A DNA stretch of 63,595 nucleotides, filler included, from a bacterium (GTDB lineage Bacteria > UBA9089 > CG2-30-40-21 > SBAY01): NCBI GenBank assembly GCA_040757115.1. It is 6 parts of 6 records of this genome, joined end to end, with 100 filler letters (N's around TTAATTAATTAA, not from the genome) between each part and the next. Parts side by side here need not be neighbours in the genome. Positions count along the whole stretch, not along the records: positions 6,720 to 13,314 come from JBFLYA010000209.1; positions 13,415 to 43,650 come from JBFLYA010000021.1; 4 more parts are not named here. The stretch is one strand, 5' to 3'. Position 1 is the stretch's first letter. The number at the start of each line of letters is the position of its first letter. The notes under the pieces were generated by a model. The model did no database searches and was not told where the DNA came from. It was given only the letters and a program-made list of their open reading frames with translations. The position numbers and the translations under genes are program-made. This document shows positions 9,216 to 19,131 of this stretch, one piece after another.

Positions 9216-9824
9216 ATGAAAATATATGTATATATTATAATAGGTATGATGATATTATTTAGCCAGGAGGTAAAGGCAGAATTAAATGCGGAATTAGATG
9301 CCTGGGGTAATGAAATAGAAGGAGAATGTGATGGAGAGAATCCAGGACCAATATTTATGTATAACACCATCGGTGCAAAATTAGACCCATTTATTACCGT
9401 AAATGTTCAAGGGACAGGATTGTACTGGGAGATTACTTCCCCAGGAAAATATAAGGCACCTGGAACAAAGATAGATGTAGAGGGAAATGCGCGCTGTGAT
9501 ATTTATTTAGAAGGGGCAGGTAATCTCGTTTATAAAACAAATCCTGCTAAACCTATATTAGAGGCTAGATATGCCATTGGTGGTGATAATCAGAATACTC
9601 CACCAGAGGACGAATTTAAAGACATAGCCTATTTATCCACTTATCCATTAGTCGAAAATTTGGATACCAGTGGTGGTCAAACATATTATCTATGGGGTGA
9701 AGTAACTTCAGGAATAGAGGACCCAGCAACAGTGGATGATAACAACCCACCTCAGTTCCCACCAAATGAAGGGGAATATCAAGATTCATTAGGATTTTGG
9801 ATGACCTTTGTTGCACATTTGTAG
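9216..9824 (+). CDS. Secreted beta-rich protein, pilin/WxL-like paralogue 3
   Basis: Signal peptide; WEITSPG shared with paralogue 1; YYLWGE and EGEYQD...AHL. Confidence 0.7.
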   Translation: MKIYVYIIIGMMILFSQEVKAELNAELDAWGNEIEGECDGENPGPIFMYNTIGAKLDPFITVNVQGTGLYWEITSPGKYKAPGTKIDVEGNARCDIYLEGAGNLVYKTNPAKPILEARYAIGGDNQNTPPEDEFKDIAYLSTYPLVENLDTSGGQTYYLWGEVTSGIEDPATVDDNNPPQFPPNEGEYQDSLGFWMTFVAHL

Positions 9825-10459
9825 TAACCGTTCACCGCACAGACACAGAGACGCAGAGAAAAAATTAAAGTAACCGTTCAGCCACAGAGGCACAGAGTTC
9901 ACAGAGAATTAGAGAAATTAGCCACAAATGGACACGCATTATAGCACTTATTAATCGAAATTTGACATAGATAGGGCTCTGAAATTCCAAATCACAAATT
10001 CCAAATTCCATTTAGTGAATTAGTGAATTAAGCGAATTAGCGAATTAGTAAAATCTAATCTCTAATTCACTAATCTCTAATTCGCTTTTTGGTATGTGGA
10101 ATTTGGTGCTTGGGATTTGGGATTTTTTTTACTTATCCACTCTGAGTAAAGTTTTGACTAATAACTGCTATATTCCCTCTGTGTTCTCTGTGACTCTGTG
10201 GTTATATCCTGAACGGTTACCATCCTCAAAACTTCACTCCCTAAATTTTTCCTAAGCCTTACCTATGTCAGTGATAGTGTCCGTGTCAGTGAAGAAACTC
10301 CTTCAACTCATCCAACACTTCCAACTCTTCCTACTCTTTCAACTCTTCCAGCAGAAGTATAGGTAGGTCTCCCAAGCCTTCATTCTTCTGCAATTTCTGC
10401 CCGTTTTAGTCTGAAGTTTGATGTCTATAGTCTACTGTCTGAATCACAGGAACGCTTAC
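9824..10459. mobile_element. Compound nest of IS66-like MITEs (inner 9870-10220)
   Basis: GTAACCGTTCA at 9824 and 9870; CTGAACGGTTAC ending 10220; GAACGCTTAC ending 10459. Confidence 0.75.
9942..10170. mobile_element. IS630/Tc1-like MITE (TAGCACTTATTAATCGAAA ends, TA duplication)
   Basis: Flanked by TA on both sides; copies at 13420-13694 and 39162-39391. Confidence 0.8.
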
Positions 10460-10548
10460 ATATTTTTATATTATACCTCAAATTAAGATTAATTGCAAGT
10501 ATTTTTTTAGTTGAAAATCTATCCTTTTTATGCTATACTCTACTCAAA

Positions 10549-10971
10549 ATGGAGGATGATTCTATGGACTCACTTGAGATAAACAGTAAATCCAGAACAG
10601 AATTTATAGATATTACGGCAAAGGTAGAGGATATTGTCCGCAAAAGTGGGGTAAAAAGCGGAATATGTTATCTTTTTGTGCCACACACGACCGCAGGTAT
10701 AACTATTAATGAAAATGCTGACCCAGGTGTAGTCGTTGACATATTAAAAGAACTTAACAAAATTATTCCCTTCAAAGATGGATATTTACATTCTGAAGGG
10801 AATGCGGATGCCCACATTAAATCTACGATTGTTGGGACTTCACTGAATATTTTTATCGAGGATAGCCGACTTGTTTTAGGCACCTGGCAGGGGATATTTT
10901 TTTGTGAATTCGATGGCCCGCGAAGAAGAAAGGTATTTGTTAAGGTAATTGCACATCTGTTTTCCCAATAA
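10549..10971 (+). CDS. yjbQ: YjbQ/UPF0047 family protein
   Basis: PHTTAGITINENADP, HSEGNADAHIKS, LGTWQGIFFCEFDGPR. Confidence 0.93.
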   Translation: MEDDSMDSLEINSKSRTEFIDITAKVEDIVRKSGVKSGICYLFVPHTTAGITINENADPGVVVDILKELNKIIPFKDGYLHSEGNADAHIKSTIVGTSLNIFIEDSRLVLGTWQGIFFCEFDGPRRRKVFVKVIAHLFSQ

Positions 10972-12169
10972 ATTTATCGATAGTTGAATAGAATTTTTTA
11001 TCTATTTTTTTACCTTCACAGCCAACTTCATACGCACACTCAACACATTCTAATCTTCTGCCGCCGAGTTCTTCTAATTTGCCCGCCTCATCTAACTTCT
11101 CTAATTTCTTACAGGCATCATGATAGCCCTGCCGAACTGCTTTTTTCAATTTTTCAGGGGTGAACTCAAATAGCCCTATATCTATATCCTTATCAGGCTG
11201 GATGACAATATTATTAATTAACTCTTTGTGCTGTTTAAAAGGAATACTTTGCTCGATTACGGTTTGAATTTGCTGGATTATTTCTTTATCTTTAGCAGTT
11301 TTTTTAAGGATAAAATCTATTGCCTCAACCATCTTTTGCCATGTCTTGATAACATTGTTTATTAATTCTGCCCGTTGAAAATCCTCCTCAGTCGTATTTT
11401 CTAAAAATATTTCGAGTGTTCGGGCAGCAATCAAAGGTAGATTACTAAATTGTAAATCTACCGGTGTGCGTTGAGGCGGTTTAATTAAAATAGTGAAAAT
11501 ATCTTTACAACCAGATTCGATAGCATTCATTAATGGGGTATTATTCCCTACCCCACCATCAATATATTGATAGCCCGAAATATCCTCCGGATTAAAGGCA
11601 ACCGGGATAGCCGAGGTAGCCATCATACAAGAAATAGCCATCTTTTCAAAATCCGTATCTCTGACCTCTTTAATCGAATCCTTTCTTTTAATGAAAAATT
11701 TTCCATCTTCAGTTTTAACAAAGGTTTCCTCATTACCAATCTGAAGATTTGTCCCGGTAAGAATTAGTTTATTCCCGGAACCCTTCAGGTTATTGATATT
11801 GACTACACTTTTAACTAAACTCCGCAATGGAGTGGAGTCGCACAGGGAATTGATGTTAGAAACAATTTTAATTAACTTGCTTTTTGCCCAATATAACGAG
11901 ATAATTGGAAAAAGGAATAAGATATCTCCAAAATTAAATTTTAATTTAATCTTGGGCGCAAATACCGACTTATTAGTAATTTTTTCCTGCCATAGCTTTA
12001 TCAAATCATCAATCTGATTAGAGGCAATCAATGTTGCATTCAAGCCACCAACAGATGTGCCGACAATAACATCGAACTTAATTTTGGCATCGATTAGTGC
12101 CTTGACCACACCGGCTTCATAAGCCCCTTTTCCCCCGCCACCACTTAAAACTAAACCTATTTTAGCCAT
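10940..12169 (-). CDS. Patatin-like phospholipase
   Basis: LSGGGGKG, GTSVG (GxSxG) and DGG motifs. Confidence 0.9.
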   Translation of the reverse strand: MAKIGLVLSGGGGKGAYEAGVVKALIDAKIKFDVIVGTSVGGLNATLIASNQIDDLIKLWQEKITNKSVFAPKIKLKFNFGDILFLFPIISLYWAKSKLIKIVSNINSLCDSTPLRSLVKSVVNINNLKGSGNKLILTGTNLQIGNEETFVKTEDGKFFIKRKDSIKEVRDTDFEKMAISCMMATSAIPVAFNPEDISGYQYIDGGVGNNTPLMNAIESGCKDIFTILIKPPQRTPVDLQFSNLPLIAARTLEIFLENTTEEDFQRAELINNVIKTWQKMVEAIDFILKKTAKDKEIIQQIQTVIEQSIPFKQHKELINNIVIQPDKDIDIGLFEFTPEKLKKAVRQGYHDACKKLEKLDEAGKLEELGGRRLECVECAYEVGCEGKKIDKKFYSTIDKFIGKTDVQLP

Positions 12170-12213
12170 TTCATTTTACCTCCTTTGGACTTCTTACTTT
12201 TTATCCAGGAGTC

Positions 12214-12507
12214 GTAACCGTTCACCGCAGAGACACAGAGACGCAGAGAAGAAAATTAAAATTTATGGACGATAGGCTTAACATCCCTGATTTTCATCAG
12301 TGCAAGCTCTTGAGTCCAACAACATTAAACTTGCCCTGATGAAAATCAGGGATGGATTAACAAATCTGGCTTGCCGGCTGAACATTCGGCAAGCAAGTCA
12401 TAAGTATTTCCATGTCTGCATCAATAATCTTTTATGTTATCTGATTTATTTCTATATCTTCTCTGTTCCTCTGCGTCTCTGCGGTAAATTACCACCTGAA
12501 CGGTTAC
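12214..12507 (-). mobile_element. IS66-like MITE carrying a GxxExxY N-terminal remnant
   Basis: GTAACCGTTCA/TGAACGGTTAC ends; CCGCAGAGAC inverted repeats; minus strand reads IEINQIT*KIIDA. Confidence 0.75.
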
Positions 12508-12650
12508 GAATTATTATCCAATTCCAATGTTGACAAATCCAGATTTTTCTTCAAATCTTCTGGTAAGGTAGCATTGATAAAATCATCTGCATTCTCTTTA
12601 TTGGAAAACACCTCTTTAAAAAAGGCATCATGCGGATTGGATATCTCCAT
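12508..12650 (-). pseudogene. Truncated Rpn/YhgA-like recombination-promoting nuclease
   Basis: Manual translation MEISNPHDAFFKEVFSNKENADDFINATLPEDLKKNLDLSTLELDNNS, cut at the MITE end. Confidence 0.8.
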
Positions 12651-12731
12651 CTTTATTTTCTCCTGCCCCATTTTTATCTTACTGGTATTATAGCAGATAA
12701 TTCTGTAAAAGTCAAAGGTTTTTTACTTTTG

Positions 12732-12870
12732 TCAGGAATTCTCGGTGAAAAATTAGATAGAGACTCATTATTCCTTATTTTTCTCTCAAAATGTTTACGA
12801 AAAATATTTTTTTCTATCTCTCCTAAACATAGATGAATTCAGTCTCTAAAAATTCACCGAGAATTGCTGA
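12732..12870. mobile_element. Short MITE-like element
   Basis: Inverted ends TCAGGAATTCTCGGTGAA / TTCACCGAGAATTGCTGA; no TSD seen. Confidence 0.55.
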
Positions 12871-12877
12871 ATGTACA

Positions 12878-13098
12878 TTTTTCTTCTTGACATCAAATAT
12901 CCTAATATGATAAACTTAAAATAGCTCTATAAAGCTGTCAAAAAAAACTGCCACAAAATGGCTTAGTTCAACCAGTCGCTGCACCTGACTGCGGGGGACT
13001 GTGCCGTGATTAAAGTTTTGTGGTATTTTCAAGGTTTTATCTTGCTAATAAAGTTTAGTGGTAATTCCTCCCGCAGCAGGTGAGTTCAGTCGTTAGAC
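12878..13098 (+). other. Promoter unit copy 3 plus solo long attC (12966-13098)
   Basis: TTGACA at 12887; GTTCAAC...CACCTGACTGCGGG/CCCGCAGCAGGTG...GTTAGAC. Confidence 0.8.
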
Positions 13099-13187
13099 CA
13101 TCGCGAGCAATCGAGGAGGATTGGATAAATAAAGGTTAACTCCTGAACCTGTCAAAAACAGGTTTTATCCGAGAACGTTCATAATTT

Positions 13188-13314
13188 GTAACCGTTCAGG
13201 CTATATATCAAAAGTGTAAGAAAGGGGATAAGGAGATAAGAGTGATATGGAGATAAGATAATAGAAATAGATTGAAACTTATAGAAATTAGGTAGAAATT
13301 GATTGGGGAAAACA
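13188..13314. mobile_element. Left half of IS66-like MITE (same subfamily as 16765-17001), cut by contig end
   Basis: Nearly identical to 16765-16890. Confidence 0.8.
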
Positions 13315-13419
13315 NNNNNNNNNNNNNNNNNNNNNNNNNNNNNNNNNNNNNNNNNNNNTTAATTAATTAANNNNNNNNNNNNNNNNNNNNNNNNNNNNNN
13401 NNNNNNNNNNNNNNCTTTA

Positions 13420-13694
13420 TAGCACTTATTAATCGAAATTTGACCCAGATATGGTTATGAAATTCCAAATCACAAATTCCAAATTCCAATTAGCAGATAT
13501 GGTTATGAAATTCCAAATCACAAATTCCAAATTCCAATTAGTGAATTAGTGAATTAAGCGAGTTAGCGAATTAGTAAAATCTAATCTCTAATTCACTAAT
13601 CTCTAATTCGCTTTTTGGTATGTGGAATTTGGTGCTTGGGATTTGGGATTTTTTACTTATCCACTCTGAGTAAAATTTTGATTAATAACTGCTA
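13420..13694. mobile_element. IS630-like MITE with internal tandem duplication
   Basis: TA-flanked TAGCAC...TGCTA; the CAGATATGGTTATGAAATTCC... block is present twice. Confidence 0.8.
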
Positions 13695-13704
13695 TAGTAG
13701 TTAG

Positions 13705-13890
13705 TTATTGGTCACTTTTTAGTTTTTTCTCTAAGACAACCGGTAATTTTTCGAGTAAGTCAATTACCTGGTTTAGCGAATCAACTATCTGTTTTAATCG
13801 AGAAAAAAGGATAGTTGATAAAGAAAAAGCCCAGATAAAAAATAGTGTCCAGATAGCTAAGATGATATAAAACATATATTGTTCTTCCAT
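13705..13890 (-). CDS. Small single-TM hypothetical protein
   Basis: SD AAGGAGG upstream; hydrophobic N-terminal helix. Confidence 0.6.
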   Translation of the reverse strand: MEEQYMFYIILAIWTLFFIWAFSLSTILFSRLKQIVDSLNQVIDLLEKLPVVLEKKLKSDQ

Positions 13891-13920
13891 AATTCAATTC
13901 CTCCTTATTCTTTTATTCCT

Positions 13921-14241
13921 TAGAATTCTGCAAAATTAGGAAACTGTAGTTTTTAAGCGGGTATTTAAAACCTCTATTTTTATCAATTTCCTCCAAAGAG
14001 CAAAATGCACAACTCATTTATAGTTTATAGTGTATAGTTTATGGTTTATAGTTTATAGTCTATAGTCCTTCAACTATAAACTATCAACTATAAACTATCA
14101 ACTATCTACTACATTTCAGCGTTAAAATACTTAAAGCAAAGATATTACCAATTTGAAATTTGATTTGTAATTTTGCATTTTGATATTTGATATTTGATAT
14201 TTATTTGTTGTCTCCCCCCAATCCTATTTTGCAGAACCCTA
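13921..14241 (-). mobile_element. Deletion derivative of the four-helix-bundle element with 10-bp TSD
   Basis: TAGAATTCTGCAAAA...TTTTGCAGAACCCTA flanked by TTTTATTCCT on both sides. Confidence 0.85.
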
Positions 14242-14904
14242 TTTTATTCCTGCCTCCTTAAATCCTTTACTTCTTAAAACACAACTATCACACTTCCCAC
14301 ACGGTTTTTTCCCACCCTTGTAGCAAGACCAGGTGAGTTCAAAAGGCACCTTCAGTTTAATTCCCAGTTGGACAATTTCAGCCTTAGATTTGTCAATTAA
14401 AGGGGTAAGGATTTTTATCTTTGACCCCTCAACCCCTGTTTTAGTGGCTAATTGGGCTAAATTGTTAAATGTGCTATAATATTCAGGTCTGCAATCTGGA
14501 TAGCCGCTATAATCTAAGGCATTCGCACCAATAAATATAGTTTTAACACCCATTGTCTCAGCATAGGATAAAGCAAAGGCAAGAAAGATAGTATTGCGTG
14601 CCGGGACATAGGTGGATGGGATTTCGGATTTCGGATTTCGGATTTCGAATTTCGAATTAGTCGGAATAGGTATTCTTTTATCAAGCAAGGAACTACCCAA
14701 CCAGGGTAATTGGAATTTAATGATTTGGTATTCACAGCCTGTAATCACGGCTATTTTCCTGGCACATTGGACTTCTTTGCGGTGTCTTTGCTGGTAGTCA
14801 AAGATAAGGCAATGACACTTATATCCTTTATTTTTTGCCCAATAAAGTGTCGTAGTTGAATCCAATCCACCAGAAAGTAAAATAACTGCCTTTTTTGTCT
14901 GCAT
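14239..14904 (-). CDS. queC: 7-cyano-7-deazaguanine synthase
   Basis: LLSGGLDS, TYVPARNTIF, SGYPDCR, TWSCY..CGKCDSC. Confidence 0.97.
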   Translation of the reverse strand: MQTKKAVILLSGGLDSTTTLYWAKNKGYKCHCLIFDYQQRHRKEVQCARKIAVITGCEYQIIKFQLPWLGSSLLDKRIPIPTNSKFEIRNPKSEIPSTYVPARNTIFLAFALSYAETMGVKTIFIGANALDYSGYPDCRPEYYSTFNNLAQLATKTGVEGSKIKILTPLIDKSKAEIVQLGIKLKVPFELTWSCYKGGKKPCGKCDSCVLRSKGFKEAGIK

Positions 14905-14918
14905 AATATTCCCATTTC

Positions 14919-15191
14919 GTAAGCGTTTGGGTAATCCTTTACCGCAGAGACGCAGAGAAACAGAGAGGAAAATATCTTTTTTTCGTGTTTCTCGGGACGG
15001 TTCCTTTTATCGTTTTTCCTATGATTTTTGTTGGAAATTAGAAATTGGGCTTTTGTCTCTCTCCCTAATTTCCAATTTCTAATTTCAATCCGCAATCTTT
15101 CAAACAAAAGTGAACCGTCCCGAAATTTCTGTCTCTGGTGAATAGATTTTAATTTTTTCTCTGCGTCTCTGCGTCTCTGCGGTGAATAGTT
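14919..15191. mobile_element. Degenerate IS66-like MITE with nested TCGGGACGGTTC...GAACCGTCCCGA element
   Basis: CCGCAGAGAC repeats; inner inverted repeat about 14992-15123 around GAAATTA/TAATTTC heptamers. Confidence 0.7.
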
Positions 15192-16712
15192 TTATTCCCA
15201 CTCAATCGTTCCTGGTGGTTTAGAGGTAATGTCATAGACAACGCGGTTTATGCCCTTAACCTCATTAACAATTTTAGTCGCAATTTTATTTAGCAGGGAA
15301 TGAGGTAGTTGTGCCCAATCTGCGGTCATAGCATCTTGCGAGGTGACCGCACGAACTGCAATCACATCCTCATAAGTTCGTTCATCTCCCATCACGCCTA
15401 CTGTCTTAACCGGTAAAAATACAGCAAAACATTGCCAGAGTTTGTGATATAAATTAGCCTTTTTTATCTCCTGCTCAATTATCCAATCTGCCTCACGAAG
15501 GATATTTAATCTTTCCATAGTTATTTCGCCAATGATTCGCACGGCTAATCCTGGTCCTGGAAATGGATGTTGCCAGACAATTTCATCTGGTAAGCCTAAT
15601 TCTTTAGCCAGAATTCGAACCTCATCCTTAAATAATTCTCTAAACGGCTCAATTAACTTCAGATGCATCTTTTCAGGCAGTCCACCAACATTATGATGTG
15701 TTTTAATCGTTGCCGAAGGACCTTTAGTTGAAACACTTTCAATTACATCTGGATAAAGAGTCCCCTGGGCTAAAAAATCCACATCACCTATTTTTTTTGC
15801 CTCTTCCTCAAATACCTTGATAAATTCGTTTCCAATAATCTTGCGTTTTAATTCCGGGTTGGTGACATCTTTAAGTTTTGTTAGAAATCTTTCGCTCGCA
15901 TCGCAATAATCTAAATTGACATGGTAATAATCTCTAAAAGTCTTTATCACTCGTTGGGCTTCATATTTTCTTAGCAAACCATTATTGACAAATATGCAGG
16001 TCAATTGATTCCCAATTGCCTTATGAAGCAGAACAGCCACGGTTGATGAATCTACACCACCACTTAAGGCACAGATAATCTTTTTATTTTCTACCTTTTC
16101 TTTTATTTCCTTTATTTCATGGTCAATAAATGATTCCATTGTCCAGGTAGGTGCAAGCTGGCAAATTTTAAACAGGAAATTTTTGATTATTTGCATTCCA
16201 TAGGTCGTATGAACTACTTCCGGGTGAAATTGAAGTCCATAGATATTTCTCTCCTCGTTTGCTATGGCACAGGCAGGTGAATTAGCGGTTTCCCCAATCA
16301 CCTTGAATCCTTCAGGTAGATGTTCTACTTTATCACCATGGCTCATCCAGACCTGTGAAGATGCAGGAAGTTCTGTAAAAAGAGCGGAAGAACTCATTAT
16401 CTGTAATTTTGCTTTACCATACTCACGGCTTTTGGCACTTTTAACTTCACCTCCCAGACATTGCACTAACCATTGCATACCATAACAAATGCCTAAGACA
16501 GGTAGCCTTAACTGCAAAATTTTTGGCTTTCCAAGAGGTGCATCTTTATCATAAACGCTTGCCGGGCCCCCAGAAAGTATTATCCCTTTAAATTGCTTTA
16601 GTTCCTGTGCTGAAATGTTATAAGGCAATATTTTACAATAAATATGTTCTTCTCGCACCCGGCGGGCGATAAGTTGTGTGTATTGTGAGCCAAAATCTAA
16701 AATTGCTATCAT
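15192..16712 (-). CDS. guaA: GMP synthase (glutamine-hydrolysing)
   Basis: [29 protein letters not shown]. Confidence 0.98.
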   Translation of the reverse strand: MIAILDFGSQYTQLIARRVREEHIYCKILPYNISAQELKQFKGIILSGGPASVYDKDAPLGKPKILQLRLPVLGICYGMQWLVQCLGGEVKSAKSREYGKAKLQIMSSSALFTELPASSQVWMSHGDKVEHLPEGFKVIGETANSPACAIANEERNIYGLQFHPEVVHTTYGMQIIKNFLFKICQLAPTWTMESFIDHEIKEIKEKVENKKIICALSGGVDSSTVAVLLHKAIGNQLTCIFVNNGLLRKYEAQRVIKTFRDYYHVNLDYCDASERFLTKLKDVTNPELKRKIIGNEFIKVFEEEAKKIGDVDFLAQGTLYPDVIESVSTKGPSATIKTHHNVGGLPEKMHLKLIEPFRELFKDEVRILAKELGLPDEIVWQHPFPGPGLAVRIIGEITMERLNILREADWIIEQEIKKANLYHKLWQCFAVFLPVKTVGVMGDERTYEDVIAVRAVTSQDAMTADWAQLPHSLLNKIATKIVNEVKGINRVVYDITSKPPGTIEWE

Positions 16713-16764
16713 TATTAATTATTATATCCTTCCCACTTTCTCACTTTTCCTGATTCTGGTATTT

Positions 16765-17001
16765 GTAACCGTTCAGGCTATATATCAAAAGTGTAAGAAA
16801 GGGGATAAGGAGATAAGAGTGATATGGAGATAAGATAATAGAAATAGATTGAAATTTATAGAAATAGGTAGAAATTGATTGTGGAAAACAACAAATTTCC
16901 ATAAATTTCTATTAGTTTCTATTAATTTCAATTTTTTTAATAATATCTCCCTATCTCCTTAATCTCCACATCTCCTTTTGTTACACCACCTGAACGCTTA
17001 C
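16765..17001. mobile_element. IS66-like MITE with perfect 8-bp TSD
   Basis: TGGTATTT on both sides; two nested inverted arrays (GGAGATA and ATAGAAAT types). Confidence 0.9.
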
Positions 17002-17561
17002 TGGTATTTTTTATTTTTATGTTGATAAATAAGCGAGAGATTTTGTTTAAAGGGCATAGTGGTATCAATATGCCCGGCAATTGTTTCAACTTCCTTCCCC
17101 TCGACTAAAATTTGAACATATTTGATTTTGGGAAAGTTAATCGTAAGGGTATTAACGATAGAGAATATCGTCTGGATTTCACCACAACTCCCACCAGGGT
17201 GTTTTGTGGTTAAGTCGGCTGAAAAATCTACATAAGCCGTATCCTCATAGAGATAGACCGCTCGGACTTGCGTTTCTTCAGGTATGGTGGGAAATAAATC
17301 CTTTGATTCTGGTCCTTTTATGAGTTCATTGAGAACTTCTTTAGCCTGTAAAAGTGGGTCGGCTAATCTGGGTATTCGATGTTCTTCTAAAACAAGGGAG
17401 TTAGCGTCTTTAGAGGAAAAATATAATTTTACTTTTATCTCTTTAGGCTTGAAGAATGGGATTTGAAACTTAATATCCTCTCTTTGTGTAAAGAAAAATA
17501 TTATCAATCCTAATAAAATAAGGGGAATAATAATTAAAAAAGAAAGTTTTTTAATCTTCAT
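16998..17561 (-). CDS. GerMN domain protein
   Basis: N-terminal TM; VKLYF, LIKGP, AYVDFS, IVNTLT...VQILVEG. Confidence 0.88.
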   Translation of the reverse strand: MKIKKLSFLIIIPLILLGLIIFFFTQREDIKFQIPFFKPKEIKVKLYFSSKDANSLVLEEHRIPRLADPLLQAKEVLNELIKGPESKDLFPTIPEETQVRAVYLYEDTAYVDFSADLTTKHPGGSCGEIQTIFSIVNTLTINFPKIKYVQILVEGKEVETIAGHIDTTMPFKQNLSLIYQHKNKKYQ

Positions 17562-18850
17562 TTGTTATTCACCTCTAATTTTTTCTCATATAAATCTTTG
17601 TATTGAACAATTGCCTCACAAATAGCCTCTGACATTTCATTTTTAAAACTTTCACTTGTTAATCTTTGAGATTCATAAGGATTAGAAATAAAGCCTGTTT
17701 CAATAAGAACTGCGGGCATCATTGCATCTTTAATAACCCAGAAAAAGGCACTTTTAATACCACGGTCATCAAGATGTAATTTTTTACAAACGATATTTTG
17801 TATTATTCCTGCTAATTCAATACTTTCATCTATAAACTCTTGTTGAGCCAGGCCACCGAGGATAATTTGTGTCAAATCAGTTTCATTTGGGTGTGTTTTT
17901 TCTTTTTCAAGCTCAACAACCTTATTTTCTATCGCGGCTATTGCCCTTGCCCTTTCATCAGAAACCGAGGCATTTGGTGAGAGGTAATAAACTTCAAATC
18001 CACTTGCCCCTTTTGAATAAGCGGCATTAGCGTGAATACTAATAAATAAATCTGCCTTTTTATAATTTGCAAATCCTGTCCGTTCTCTTAATGGAACAAA
18101 ATAATCTGCATCCCGGGTGAGGAATATTTTTACATCCGGAAGGTTATCTTTAAGTAATTGGGCTAGTCTTTTTCCTATGTCTAAAACAACATCTTTTTCT
18201 AATGCATTTGGTCCAATTGCACCCGGGTCATGCCCTCCATGTCCTGGGTCAATAACAATCGTTTTTATTTTAAATCCTTCGCTTGTGATGGTGGGGGTTA
18301 AAGGTGGTGTTTTCGTTCCAATTTGTTGTTCTCTTTTAGGTTCTTCAACCCCAGTTGAAGAAAGTGGGAAATATTCAGCAATGGTAGGTTGATTAGTTAA
18401 AGAAACAGGTGGGGTAAAAATTTTATTATCAATGGTTAATTTTTTGTTCTTCTTATCCCAGCTAACGATGACATCAAACGCCTGTGGAAACCTATCTTTG
18501 ACAAATTTTACCGGAATAAATACCCTTCCTGTAATTATCTCCGCCGGCATATCCATTAGCACCGTTTGGTCATTTATCTGGACTAAGGCACTACCTATAT
18601 TGAAGGTGATAGAATCTACCCCTTTAGTTAAAGTAATCTTTTTGGCAATAGGATTCCATTGACTTAAGGTTTTAAATACATTCGCTATGTCAGATAAAGA
18701 AACAAGTTCTTCTTCATTTTTGACCAGAAATTCTAAAGAAATCCGGCGCTCATGGATATTATCTACGACAGTAATGACTGATGCCGCATTAACCTCTAAA
18801 GGGAAAATACTTAAAAGACTGAAAAATATCAGGTAAATCCATAACCTCAT
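17558..18850 (-). CDS. N-acetylmuramoyl-L-alanine amidase (Amidase_3) with N-terminal copper-amine-oxidase-like domain
   Basis: IDPGHGGHDPGA, FISIHANA, PAVLIETGFISN. Confidence 0.93.
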   Translation of the reverse strand: MRLWIYLIFFSLLSIFPLEVNAASVITVVDNIHERRISLEFLVKNEEELVSLSDIANVFKTLSQWNPIAKKITLTKGVDSITFNIGSALVQINDQTVLMDMPAEIITGRVFIPVKFVKDRFPQAFDVIVSWDKKNKKLTIDNKIFTPPVSLTNQPTIAEYFPLSSTGVEEPKREQQIGTKTPPLTPTITSEGFKIKTIVIDPGHGGHDPGAIGPNALEKDVVLDIGKRLAQLLKDNLPDVKIFLTRDADYFVPLRERTGFANYKKADLFISIHANAAYSKGASGFEVYYLSPNASVSDERARAIAAIENKVVELEKEKTHPNETDLTQIILGGLAQQEFIDESIELAGIIQNIVCKKLHLDDRGIKSAFFWVIKDAMMPAVLIETGFISNPYESQRLTSESFKNEMSEAICEAIVQYKDLYEKKLEVNNK

Positions 18851-19131
18851 TGATATTTTCCTCCCCTGTTAATTTTAACTGGTGATTATTATATCATAAT
18901 ATTTGTTATTTGTCAAATTATTTCGATTGTAAAGTAGTAATTCTCATTATAGCAGAACTTGTGTAAAAAAGTGAAGAGGTGCAAGGGAGTTTATTTTCTA
19001 CCTTGAACCTTGCTCCTTATTCCTTTGGCTAATCTTTAAAACTTGTGGGACAGGCTAAGTTAATATATCACAAAATTTACCAGTTTGGGACAAAATTTCG
19101 TTGACATTTACCTTACCATCATATATACTTA

